Under the pieces are notes generated by a model. It saw only the letters and a program-made list of their open reading frames with translations, did not search any database and was not told where the DNA came from. DNA of 64,000 nt from assembly GCA_965655095.1 (NCBI GenBank), contig OZ296655.1, positions 33,976,001 through 34,040,000 of the forward strand, written 5' to 3'. Below are positions 36,900 to 49,725 of this stretch, in pieces (positions within the stretch are counted from its first letter, which is position 1; every line of letters begins with the position of its first letter). The position numbers were made by a program, and so were the translations under genes. Source of the DNA: Haplodiscus bocki. Taxonomy: Eukaryota.

Positions 36900-37490
36900 A
36901 GTAGTAGATAGGTGAATCGATCAGGTGGGGATGGATGACCCTCCATGTATTAAAATAAGGTATAGCCTCTGGGCGGGCCCAATTCTGAGAAGGCTGATCT
37001 GGGCTCCCGAGGGTTCTCCGGTGTAACGTAATGTTTGGTTCTTTTTGGTTAACAAGGGATTGATAGGCTGGCGACTCCATTATGGGCGACGGTAATCTGT
37101 TATATTAAAAACTACTCCGGCAAGGTAATAAAAGTAATCTTTGGCAAAATATTAGGGTTGTGAATGTGCATCGGCTTTTGGCGAAAGGCGAGTCAACATA
37201 TGACAATAGGCGAAACCTGATTCGAATGTGTTCGGCAATCTATTAAGATAGAAAAAAAATTCGGTAGTTTGTCAAAATAGGGAATAATAATTGGTAATGT
37301 ATTAAGATAGGGAACGGAGACTGGTAGGGTATCAATATAAGCCGGGAGGCTTTGAAACGAATAAAGATGCAAAGTGGGGCTTCACGACTCAATTTCCGGA
37401 ATGCAAGACCTTTTTCAAAAAAAGTTCCAGCTTCTCACTGGCCACCGTTCGAGCCGATAGTGTATTACGCCTGCTAACAGTATAATACCC
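36900..37490 (+). repeat. Left Polinton terminal region (diverged inverted repeat)
   Basis: It starts with AGTAGT. GGTATAGCCTCT, TGGGCGACGGTAAT, GCAAGAC.TTTT..TCCAGC and GGCCACCG are shared with the reverse complement of 62930-63480. Confidence 0.78.
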
Positions 37491-37544
37491 CCCTCCTGTT
37501 ATTGAGAAGACAGATACCGGTGATGCTCGAAAGTAATGTGCTCA

Positions 37545-40500
37545 AAAACTTCTTTTCTGATGTTGATTTCACTGTGTCATCAAGAGCCGTGCTTCACTTT
37601 CGCAGCGGCTTCACCCCTGGTTGCAGTATTCGGTTATGTAGAACTTCGCTGCTGAATTGTAACTCTAAGAAACAGTATAGCAGCAAAAACCAATACTACA
37701 AAGGCAAAACTTCTGAGCAACTGATTTCTGTGAAGAGAGCCGGTTTTCTCTTGTCTAGTTTTTGTGTTTTGTGCAGCAAGTTTGGGGAAAAAAAGTTTCC
37801 TTGTGCATCTTCCATGAAACTGTTGACACAGTCACTGGATTGTATTTTCTCCCATTGTTTTCATTTCAGATGGAATAGGAGTGGTGAGTTTATTTCAACA
37901 AGCAAACAAAGGAAAATTTCTATCCTTTTTCCATCTCTAAATCGTTCACATCACAGAAATCATCAAAGCTAGAGAGCTTCAATCTCCGTAGTTTAACAAA
38001 TTCAACAACAGAAAATCTAGCAATAACAGGCTTCTTGTGTTTACCTTCTACACTTGCAAGGTCTATTTCTTACAATTGGTGGGCCACGTGACTTAGTTTT
38101 TTGAAACTCCTTCTTTATATAGCGGAGTGCAAATTCTCGTTCAAGTACTTTGTTACCGTGTCGCCTGCAATCCATAATTTGAAAAACATCGAAGGCCATC
38201 GTTAGCAGCTTCCTTGTCTCAGCGACTATACTCTGCAAATTGGATTTTCGCACCTGGTCGAGTGGCATCTCCAATTGTTTGTTCAAAGTTGATGAAACAA
38301 TTCTCCAGAGTACATTCAACGAAGCGGTGTAAAAGCATACGGGCGAGATGCGGTTCAAAAAACAGAAGCAGAGGATCGATGAATCTTTCGTTTGGGAAAT
38401 TGAAGCTTGAATTTAACGTTTTCGATGATGAAACGTCAACGACCTTTTTCTGCGTACCTTCTCGTCAGCATTCCAATAACGTTGCGACTGACTGAATCGT
38501 TTTTGAAAACAGAACGCAACTTTGCCAAATGCAACTTCAAGCAGTGGAAAACGTCTGTGTTGCATTAAAGATGATCAAACAGCTTTCCACTTTTCATTTC
38601 CCCAAGTGTCAATAAACTGCAAGCGAACGCCTGTAAGGAAACTTTTCTCGTACGTGTTCTTTAGTACTAGTATCTGGTTTGTTTAGTCTCCACCATTCAC
38701 ACTCCCACCTTCCAGCCATTGTGATGCTTTTCCTTTTTGTACATTTCCACCGTTTTCTCATCGAGTTAGCTCTTTTCAATACCACGTTGGATATTTCCTT
38801 TAGTGAGAAGGGTGTACATCCTGACACGGCGGAAAATGATAGAAGCAAACCATAGCTTCGAAAACAATATTGCATTGACAACAAAACTCATAGACATTGA
38901 AGCAGTCAATTTGTTCTGATTTCCTGAGGCAATTGAAGCTTTCACTTTTGCAATCGGGTCTCATGCTAGGGAAATATGAGGTTACCATATTTTCAAAACT
39001 ACCGTCCTTGCTCTGTCGTGGCATGATTCTGCTGGTCTCCGTATAAATATCTTCAAACGTCTAAATTCCCGTTGGCATAGGCCGACACACTGATCACAGA
39101 TATAGTTGAGTAGCATCACTTCCAATATTTGTTTGGCATAGATTGTTCATTTGCCAAAAATCTCGTCAACGGCTGTTTCACGCGTATACACAATAGATGC
39201 CCCACCTGCTACGTATTTCCAGACTTTTTGCAAATTTTTTTAAGTTTTTCAGTGAATTGACAAAGTTCTGCTTCTTCCAATTTGTGTAGAGGAACATTGA
39301 CTAGGTTGGGTAACGTTCAACCAAGCTTGAACATGTCAATATTTTTGTCGTGGTAAAAAGAGTCCTCTTTTGCAGTTTCTCCAGAATGGGGACAGCGCTC
39401 ATGTTGTTGCACCAATGAAAAAAGTCTCCGAATGAACTCATCTCCTCCTGCTCTCAATTGTTTCAAGCACTGATGATTGTGAACTACTGCAGATGGCGGT
39501 TTCGATGGCTTCATTCTGACAACAACTTGTTCTGCTGTCTTTTCATTTTCCACTACATTGACACTTTTTGTGTAGCCTGCTTCAAGTAGATTACAGCTAC
39601 GCAATTTCCAGTGAACAGTGCCATTTGGATAGAGTTCTGTGCTTTGTACTTTGTCAGAGTGATCGCATCATTAAAAAAAAGATCCTTTTGTATCAGAAGT
39701 TTTGTATGCTATGAAAAAAGAATCAAGGGTTGTTGATCCGCCAAAAAATCAAAATCTAAGCGTTAAATGTCACCAAACTTGAAAGAGTTGTACTTGTTTG
39801 CTTCAAAATTAACCATCGGTTCAAAATCTTGCTCATTGACAAGTATAGGTATTAAACGGAACTTGATTAAATTGACACCATGAGTTGCACTGTTGAAAAC
39901 AAAGACGGGCAACTTGTCGAAGTAACTTTGCAAAACTTCTTGCATGCCAAATCGTTGTTTTTTCTGTTTTCTGAATAACTGAGCAGAAGAACAATTGTCA
40001 TGACCTGACCACCTCGGTAATGACGCTGGGTAAGTGTGGTTCATCCAAACTTATTCATGGTGGTGTCAAAGTTCAACAAGGAGTTTTCCTTTTGTGCTTG
40101 GCTATTGTATGCTCAAAATTCAAGAGTTGCTATAAGAACGCAACAAATAATAGGGATGAGAATTGCGTAGAAAAGTTGGTTCCGCGATCCAAATTGACAA
40201 GATGGAGCACATGATTGGAGTTTGTTTTCCAACCCAGTTTGTTTTATCCTTGTTTTAAAACTTTTTTCTGGCACGCGTAAAAATTCAAACTCAGACAACT
40301 TAGTGTTTTCAGAAGCGTCTGCTCGTTCATGTTCTCCCTTCCAAAAAGTCCAATTTGTCGAAAGAAGTTTTTTGAACTTAAAATCAATTCTTGGGATCGA
40401 CTTTTTAACTCCTTCACTGCATTCACTTGAACGTCGAACGTCGCTCCTCATTCGGCACTGTTAGTGAGTTCTAAAATTTTAACAAGCAAACGCTTCGTTC

Positions 40501-41210
40501 ACAACATTGTTCATCGTCAGATGACAAATACGGTTGTTGAATCTCAATAGTCCCACATTGTTCTGGTGTTTCTGCACACATCGTTGAGCAACTTCACTTT
40601 TAACGTTCTCACCTACAATTTCAATTTCAAAAGGAAAAAGTTCAAGAGAAGATGATGTTCAACTATCGGTTGTCCAAACGAACACGTTGAAATTGTTCAG
40701 GTTTGCATACTTCGATCTGGTGTAGAATTGTATGAAAACCTTCCATATTTCTTTTCCAATTTTTGGTGACATCATAAACTGAGAGCGAATGCTCTAAAAT
40801 GACACTAATTGTCGTTACAACGTAGTCTAGTTTTTTTCTCAAACGTGAGACAACTTTTTCAAAAAAAAGGGTTTGTGTGAAACAACATCTCTGCAACCCA
40901 TTGCCTCATCCTTGGCACAGAAAGAACGCATATGTTCGAGTTGTCAACTTGAACATCCTCCAGGTTACGATGGTTCTCTATATTTTTTTATAACACCATT
41001 CAATTGCATCTTTTTTATTCCCAACTTCGTTCAGCTTTGTCATAGTTTTTTCGGTACACAGAAGTCTCGATCAATTTAGTAACGTTTTGTTTTCGTGAGC
41101 ATGGAAAAGTAGAATATTCTGAAGATTCCAGTCTCTACATTTTTTATGCTTGCAAAGGCTAGAATCACTTTGGTTGCTCAATACATTTTTCTGAAAACCT
41201 GATCGCAGTT
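37545..41210 (-). pseudogene. Protein-primed family B DNA polymerase (pPolB) pseudogene, copy A
   Basis: Fragments include LPVFVFNSATHGVNLIK (ExoII-like), SFKFGDI, SFENMVTSYF, FEAMVCFYHFPPC, WECEWWRL and ETRKLLT..QIMD. It has many frameshifts. Confidence 0.85.
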
Positions 41211-41989
41211 TTTTCACCAGAATCTGACTTTTGCAGAAATTTTAGTTTTTCAAAGTTGTGCTTTTCAAAAAGTACAGAAGCACAAAATCGAATTTCTACG
41301 GAGTAAAATTGAGGAAAACTTGATTTTAGAGATGCAAATTCTCCTTGAAAAAGCGATTTTCTCAAATCAATTTTACATCAAAACCTAGTTCTTTGAAAAT
41401 TTATATATTATTTTCAAAATCTGATTTTTTGAAAAAAAAATCATTTCTAATTGCGACATTTTAAAATTTTTCCGTCGTAAAAACTGATACATTCTAAGTT
41501 TTGCGTTGAGAACTTTGACAAGTTGCTCTTTCCCTGTAGCAAAATCCAAAACTTTGTGGAATTTTTGTTTTGAAATCTGATTTTTATTTTTGATTTACGG
41601 GATTCCACTGAATGAAAATTCTGTCGCTAAAATTGGGAACAACTTTTTCTACGGAGCAGAATTGAAAGGAAACTTTTCGGGCCATTTGCGTAATTGTTGG
41701 GATTAGGCTGTAACACAGCAGCAACAATCTAACTGTTGAAGAGGTTTTCAGCGGAATGTGGATCTGAAAAACGAAACAAAAGTACACCTTGCACAAAGTC
41801 CTCAAAAAATCAAACAGCTTTCATATCCGAAAAATTCCCGTATCTCCTACCAAAAAGGAAAGAAATTCCAAAGGCGGAAATTCGTTGTATTAAATCTCAA
41901 AAAAAGTAGATTCCCCAAACAAGTTAAGGTATGATTCAGTCAAAATTGTATGAAAGTAAAAACTTGCTTCTCTGAAAAATAATTTTGAA

Positions 41990-42605
41990 AAATCTTTGTC
42001 GACAACATCAACCCACTTCTTGCAGCTACCATTGTGCTCAATCACTATCGATTATCTTGCTTAAATCAATCTACGATCAGAATTCGGTGATTGACAATTA
42101 TGAAAACTGAACTTTTCCCTGAACCTTTATTCATGAAGCCTTGTTCAAATGCAACTCAACCCAGGAATGTACTTATGATCCCACAAAGTTTTCATTTCAA
42201 TCTTTCCTGAACACAGAAGTCAACTGTTTAACACAACCTGGTGAAAATTTCAAGAAGTTGGTTTCTTTTGACGACGTGATGCACCTCGCTGACAAGAAGA
42301 CCATCGTAAGTTCTGTAGGTTCTGGTTGTGGTGTGGTGTCCTACCGTGAAGCTCGTACGAAAAGCAAACATATCACTAAAAAAAGGAAAACACTTCCACG
42401 TCCTGTGAAAGCGCCCTGCATATCCCAAGTAACGATCAATGTAACTCTTAATGGTGAATAGCCTGCCGCTATTATGTTTGTGGAACACTACAAGCATTGG
42501 AACGTGGATCTAGCAGTCCCTTCGACACACAACCACACTTTCGATATAGTTTGTATGACCATTCAATGTCCTTTTCTATCGACTCACAAGCCTAAATTAA
42601 ATTTA
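41990..42605 (+). pseudogene. Uncharacterised Polinton accessory ORF remnant (copies: ~48300-48605 with a deletion, ~55840-56450 diverged, ~57415-58030 inverted)
   Basis: ORFs 42141-42461 and 42474- are one frame broken by a single stop. Protein-level similarity to the diverged copy at 55990-56260 is visible. Confidence 0.55.
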
Positions 42606-43724
42606 CATCCCGTATATTTTCCATTACGGAAGACCCCTCAGCTGGGTCGGAGGTTCCCATGTGTTAAGGTAGACCACGGCAAGTTGGCTCGGTTTAGCCT
42701 ATTTTAACCGATAGGAATCTCCACTGTGGCCGAGAATTTTTGACTGTTTTTGAGTTAAGTAAAACTCGATTCTGTTGGGGGTGCCGACAAGTTTTCGGTG
42801 GAATCCGACATCATTGTTTCACGATACTGTACATCTCGACAACGTTTTAAACTAGGGTATATTTCGGCGGTATACAAATGTATGGTAAGGATTTGTATGG
42901 CCGAGTAAAGGTAGTAGGATAGAGTTCAGGTTTCTCAGCAACGAGAAACGCCTCGAGATAGGCAAACTGAGCTGAAAAGTTTCAGCAAAGTGCCTTGATG
43001 GGGAATGGTAACCAGTAAAGTTTACTAAAGACCACAAACGATTGCAATGTACAAAATTATGGAGTCAGGTTTAACTGACTCGTTTTCGGAGACTTTGTCA
43101 TAGTGTACACAGCTGACTTGTTCAAATATTGAAGTAGCCCCAAGAGGCTCGAACTTGAGGAAGGTGTGTACATATATCTCACGGTCAGGTTAACTTCTGC
43201 AATTTATTAAAATGGGTCGACGTTTCGAGTGTATATGAAAGTGTTACTTTACCTGACAGTGGTTGATTAGTTTTGACTTCTCAGGTACTTTTTCAAATAA
43301 CAAGAAAAAATTGAACGAGCAAACAAAAGAATTGAAATAACTAAATCATTATTTTTCAATATGTTCCAGCTCACCTGTAACCGGCCACCGCCGAACAGGT
43401 AGTGTATCAGGCCTGCTGATAAATTATTACTCCCCCGGTTCTTTAATAAATGTTTACACACTGATTTGCTCAAAACTAAAGTGAACTTGATCCAAAGTTT
43501 ATAAAAAGTTGTTTAGAAAGTGAAGAAAACTGCCAAATGCATTGTATTACTCGCAAACTTATCTTGAAATTTTGAATCTGAGGATCTCACAAACATTGGA
43601 AAGTAAAGTTTGCCTAGTTGCTATGAGTTGTGCTGGAACGATAAGCTCAAGGAATTTCAAAACGTTATTTGCCGTGATAAAAGCAAGAAAAATAAAGCAA
43701 AGTTTTCTTGATAGACTACGTAAT

Positions 43725-46700
43725 TTACAAAATCACTTGTTGTGTGTGATTTCTGTCATCCGCGAAAATCTCATTAGGATGAAAAAACATTGATTTTTGT
43801 TTAATCTGGTTTCAGCGGCAACAGTGTGGCCCTTCGTTTGAAAATTTCCTTTTTGTTGATGTTACTTTCACTGCGTCATCAAGAACCGTTCATTACTTCT
43901 ATAGTGGTTTATCAGCACTCGCTTATATAGAACTTCGCTGCTGAATTGTAACTCCTTAGAAGCAGTATAGCAGCAGCAAAAACTAATACTACAAAAGCAG
44001 GACTTCTGAGCAACTGAATTCTTCTGTGAAGAGAGCCGGTTTTCTCTTGTCTAGTTTTTGTGTTTTGTGCAGCAAGTTTGGGGAAAAAAAGGTTTCCTTG
44101 TGCATCTTCCATGAAACTGTTGACACAGTCACTGGATTGTTTTTTCTCCCATTGTTTTCATTTCCGATGGAATAGGAGTGGTGAGTTTATTTCAACAAGC
44201 AAACAAAGGAAAATTTCTATCTTTTTCCATCTCTAAATCGTTCACATCACAGAAATCATCAAAGTTTTAGAGCTTCAATCACCGTAGTTTAACATATTCA
44301 ACAACAGGAAATCTAGCAATAACAGGCTTCTTGTGTTTACCTTCTAAACTTGCAAGGTCTATTTCGTACAATTGGTGATCCACATGACTTAGTTTTTTGA
44401 AACTCTTGCCTTATATAGCGGAGTGAAATTTCTCCTCGTTCAGGTACTTTGTTACCGTGTCGCCTGCAATCCATAATTTGAAAATTATCGAAGGCCATCG
44501 TTAGCAGCTTAGCTTCCTTGTCTCAGCGACTATACTCTGCAAATTGGATTTTCGCACCTGGTCGAGTGGCATCTCCAATTGTTTGTTCAAAGTTGATGAA
44601 ACAATTCTCCAGAGTACATTCAACGAAGCGGTGTAAAAGCATACGGGCGAGATGCGGTTCAAAAAACAGAAGCAGAGGACCGATGAATCTTTCGTTTGGG
44701 AATTTGAAGCTTGAATTTAACGTTTTCGATGATGAAACATCAACGACCTTTTTCTGCTTACCTTCTCGTCAGCATTCCAATAACGTTGCGACTGACTGAA
44801 TCGTTTTTGAAAACAGAACGCAACTTTGCCAAATGCAACTTCAAGCAGTGGAAAACGTCTGTGTTGCATTAAAGATGATCAAACAGCTTTCCACTTTTCA
44901 TTTCCCCAAGTGTCAATAAACTGCAAGCGAACGCCTGTAAGGAAACTTTTCTCGTACGTGTTCTATAGTACTAGTATCTAGTTGGTTTAGTCTCCACCAT
45001 TCACACTCCCACTTTCCAGCCATTGTGATGCTTTTCCTTTTTGTACATTTCCACCGTTTTCTCAACGAGTTGGCTCTTTTCAATACCACGTTGGATACTT
45101 CCTTTAGTGAGAAGGGTGTACATCCTGACACGGCGGAAAATGATAGAAGCAAACCATAGCTTCGAAAACAGTATTGCAATGAGAACAAAACTCATCGACA
45201 TTGAAGCAGTCAATTTTTTCTGATTTCCTGAGGCAATTGAAGCTTTCACTTTTACAATCGGGTCTCATGCTATGAAAATATGGGGTTACCATATTTTCAA
45301 AACTACCGTCCCTGCTCTGTCGTGGCATGATTCGGCTGGTCTCCGTATAAATATCTTCAAACGTCTAAATTCCCGTTGGCATAGGCCGACACACTGATCA
45401 CAGATATAGTTGAGTAGCATCACTTCCAATATTTGTTTGGCATAGATTGTTCATTTGCCAAAAATCTCGTCAACGGCTGTTTCACGCGTAAACACAATAG
45501 ATGCCCCACCTGCTACGTATTTCCAGACTTTTTGCAAATTTTTTTAAAGTTTTTCAGTGAATTGACAAAGTTCTGCTTCTTCCAATTTGTGTAGAGGAAC
45601 ATTGACTAGGTTGGGTAACGTTCAACCAAGCTTGAACATGTCAATATTTTTGTCGTGGTAAAAAGAGTCCTCTTTTGCAGTTTCTCCAGAATGGGGACAG
45701 CGCTCATGTTGTTGCACCAATGAAAAAAGTCTCCGAATGAACTCATCTCCTCCTGCTCTCAATTGTTTCAAGCACTGATGATTGTGAACTACTGCAGATG
45801 GCGGTTTCGATGGCTTCATTCTGACAACAACTTGTTCTGCTGTCTTTTCATTTTCCACTACATTGACACTTTTTGTGTAGCCTGCTTCAAGTAGATTACA
45901 GCTACGCAATTTCCAGTGAACAGTGCCATTTGGATAGAGTTCTGTGCTTTGTACTTTGTCAGAGTGATCGCATCATTAAAAAAAAGATCCTTTTGTATCA
46001 GAAGTTTTGTATGCTATGAAAAAAGAATCAAGGGTTGTTGATCCGCCAAAAAATCAAAATCTAAGCGTTAAATGTCACCAAACTTGAAAGAGTTGTACTT
46101 GTTTGCTTCAAAATTAACCATCGGTTCAAAATCTTGCTCATTGACAAGTATAGGTATTAAACGGAACTTGATTAAATTGACACCATGAGTTGCACTGTTG
46201 AAAACAAAGACGGGCAACTTGTCGAAGTAACTTTGCAAAACTTCTTGCATGCCAAATCGTTGTTTTTTCTGTTTTCTGAATAACTGAGCAGAAGAACAAT
46301 TGTCATGACCTGACCACCTCGGTAATGACGCTGGGTAAGTGTGGTTCATCCAAACTTATTCATGGTGGTGTCAAAGTTCAACAAGGAGTTTTCCTTTTGT
46401 GCTTGGCTATTGTATGCTCAAAATTCAAGAGTTGCTATAAGAACGCAACAAATAATAGGGATGAGAATTGCGTAGAAAAGTTGGTTCCGCGATCCAAATT
46501 GACAAGATGGAGCACATGATTGGAGTTTGTTTTCCAACCCAGTTTGTTTTATCCTTGTTTTAAAACTTTTTTCTGGCACGCGTAAAAATTCAAACTCAGA
46601 CAACTTAGTGTTTTCAGAAGCGTCTGCTCGTTCATGTTCTCCCTTCCAAAAAGTCCAATTTGTCGAAAGAAGTTTTTTGAACTTAAAATCAATTCTTGGG

Positions 46701-47515
46701 ATCGACTTTTTAACTCCTTCACTGCATTCACTTGAACGTCGAACGTCGCTCCTCATTCGGCACTGTTAGTGAGTTCTAAAATTTTAACAAGCAAACGCTT
46801 CGTTCACAACATTGTTCATCGTCAGATGACAAATACGGTTGTTGAATCTCAATAGTCCCACATTGTTCTGGTGTTTCTGCACACATCGTTGAGCAACTTC
46901 ACTTTTAACGTTCTCACCTACAATTTCAATTTCAAAAGGAAAAAGTTCAAGAGAAGATGATGTTCAACTATCGGTTGTCCAAACGAACACGTTGAAATTG
47001 TTCAGGTTTGCATACTTCGATCTGGTGTAGAATTGTATGAAAACCTTCCATATTTCTTTTCCAATTTTTGGTGACATCATAAACTGAGAGCGAATGCTCT
47101 AAAATGACACTAATTGTCGTTACAACGTAGTCTAGTTTTTTTCTCAAACGTGAGACAACTTTTTCAAAAAAGGGTTTGTGTGAAACAACATCTCTGCAAC
47201 CCATTGCTTCATCCTTGGAACAGAAAGAACGCATATGTTCGAGTTGTCAACTTGAACATCCTCCAGGTTACGATGGTTCTCTATATTTTTTTATTCAATT
47301 CAACCATTCAATTGCATCTTTTTTATTCCCGACTTCGTTCAGCTTTGTCATAGTTTTTTCGGTACACAGAAGTCTTGATCAATTTAGTAACGTTTTGTTT
47401 TCGTGAGCATGTAAAAGTAGAATATTCTGAAGATTCCAGTCTCTACATTTTTTATGCTTGCAAACGCTAGAATCACTTTGGTTGCTCAATACATTTTTCT
47501 GAAAACCTGATCGCA
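43725..47515 (-). pseudogene. pPolB pseudogene, copy B
   Basis: Nearly identical to copy A (e.g. ORFs 45622, 46068 and 46418 equal 39317, 39763 and 40113). It retains the C-terminus ..DDRNHTQQVIL*. Confidence 0.85.
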
Positions 47516-49725
47516 GATTTTTCACCAGAATCTGACTTTTGCAGAAATTTTAGTTTTTCAAAGTTGTGCTTTTCAAAAAGTACAGAAGCACAAAATCGAA
47601 TTTCTACGGAGTAAAATTGAGGAAAACTTGGTTTTAGAGATGCACGTTCTCCTTGAAAAAGCGATTTTCTCAAATCAATTTTACATCAAAACCTAGTTCT
47701 TTGAAAATTTGTATATTATTTTCAAAATCTGATTTTTTGAAGAAAAATCATTTCTAATTGCAACATTTTAAAACTTTTCCGTCGTAAAAACTGATACATT
47801 CTAAGTTTTGCGTTGAGAACTTTGACAAGTTGCTTTTTTCCTGTAGCAAAATCCAAAAGTTTGTGGAATTTTTGTTTTGAATTCTGATTTTTAATTTTGT
47901 TTTACGGGATTCCACTGAATAAAAATTCTGTCGCTAAAATTGGAAACAACTTTTTCTACGGAGCAGAATTGAAAGGAAACTTTTCGGGCCATTTGCGTAA
48001 TTGTTGGGATTAGGCTGTAACACAGCAGCAACAATCTAACTGTTGAAGAGGTTTTCAGCGGAATGTGGATCTGAAAAACGAAACAAAAGTACACCTTGCA
48101 CAAAGTCCTCAAAAAATCAAACAGCTTTCATATCCGAAAAGTTCCCGTATCTCCTACCAAAAAGGAAAGAAATTCCAAAGGCGGAAATTCGTTGTATTAA
48201 TTCTCAAAAAAAGTAGATTCCCCAAACAAGTTAAGGTATGATTCAGTCAAAATTGTATAAAAGTAAAAACTTGCTTCTCTGAAAAATAATTTTGAAAAAT
48301 CTTTGTCGACAACATCAACTCACTTCTTGCAGCTACCATTGTGCTCAATCACTATCGATTATCTTGCTTAAATCAATCTACGATCAGAATTCGGTGATTG
48401 ACAATTATGAAAACTGAACTTTTCCCTGAACCTTTATTCATGAAGCCTTGTTCAAATGCAACTCAACCCAGGAATGTACTTATGATCCCACAAAGTTTTC
48501 ATTTCAATCTTTCCTGAACACAGAAGTCAACTGTTTAACACAACCTGTTGAAAATTTCAAGAAGTTGGTTTCTTTCTATCGACTCACAAGCCTAAATTAA
48601 ATTTACATCCCGTATATTTTCCATTACGGAAGACCTCTCAGCTGGGTCGGAGGTTCCCATGTGTTAAGGTAGACCACGGCAAGTTGGCTCGGTTTAGCCT
48701 ATTTTAACCGATAGGAATCTCCACTGTGGCCGAGAATTTTTGACTGTTTTTGAGTTAAGTAAAACTCGATTCTGTTGGGGGTGCCGACAAGTTTTCGGTG
48801 GAATCCGACATCATTGTTTCACGATACTGTACATCTCGACAACGTTTTAAACTAGGGTATATTTCGGCGGTATACAAATGTATGGTAAGGATTTGTATGG
48901 CCGAGTAAAGGTAGTAGGATAGAGTTCAGGTTTCTCAGCAACGAGAAACGCCTCGAGATAGGCAAACTGAGCTGAAAAGTTTCAGCAAAGTGCCTTGATG
49001 GGGAATGGTAACCAGTAAAGTTTACTAAAGACCACAAACGATTGCAATGTACAAAATTATGGAGTCAGGTTTAACTGACTCGTTTTCGGAGACTTTGTCA
49101 TAGTGTACACAGCTGACTTGTTCAAATATTGAAGTAGCCCCAAGAGGCTCGAACTTGAGGAAGGTGTGTACATATATCTCACGGTCAGGTTAACTTCTGC
49201 AATTTATTAAAATGGGTCGACGTTTCGAGTGTATATGAAAGTGTTACTTTACCTGACAGTGGTTGATTAGTTTTGACTTCTCAGGTACTTTTTCAAATAA
49301 CAAGAAAAAATTGAACGAGCAAACAAAAGAATTGAAATAACTAAATCATTATTTTTCAATATGTTCCAGCTTACCTGTACCCGGCCACCGCCGAACAGTT
49401 AGTGTATCACGCCTGCTGATAAATTATTACTCCTTCGGTTATTTATTAAGTTTTTACACACTGATGTTGCTCAAAACTAAAATGAACTTGATCCAAAGTT
49501 TATAAAAAGTTGATTAGAAAGTGAAGAAAACTGCCAAATGCATTGTATTACTCGCAAACTTATCTTGAAATTTTGAATCTGAGGATCTCACAAACATTGG
49601 AAAGTAAAATTTGCCTAGTTGCTATGAGTTGTGCTGGAACGATAAGCTCAAGGAATTTCAAAACGTTATTTGCCGTGATAAAAGCAAGAAAAATAAAGCA
49701 AAGTTTTCTTGATAGACTACGTAAT

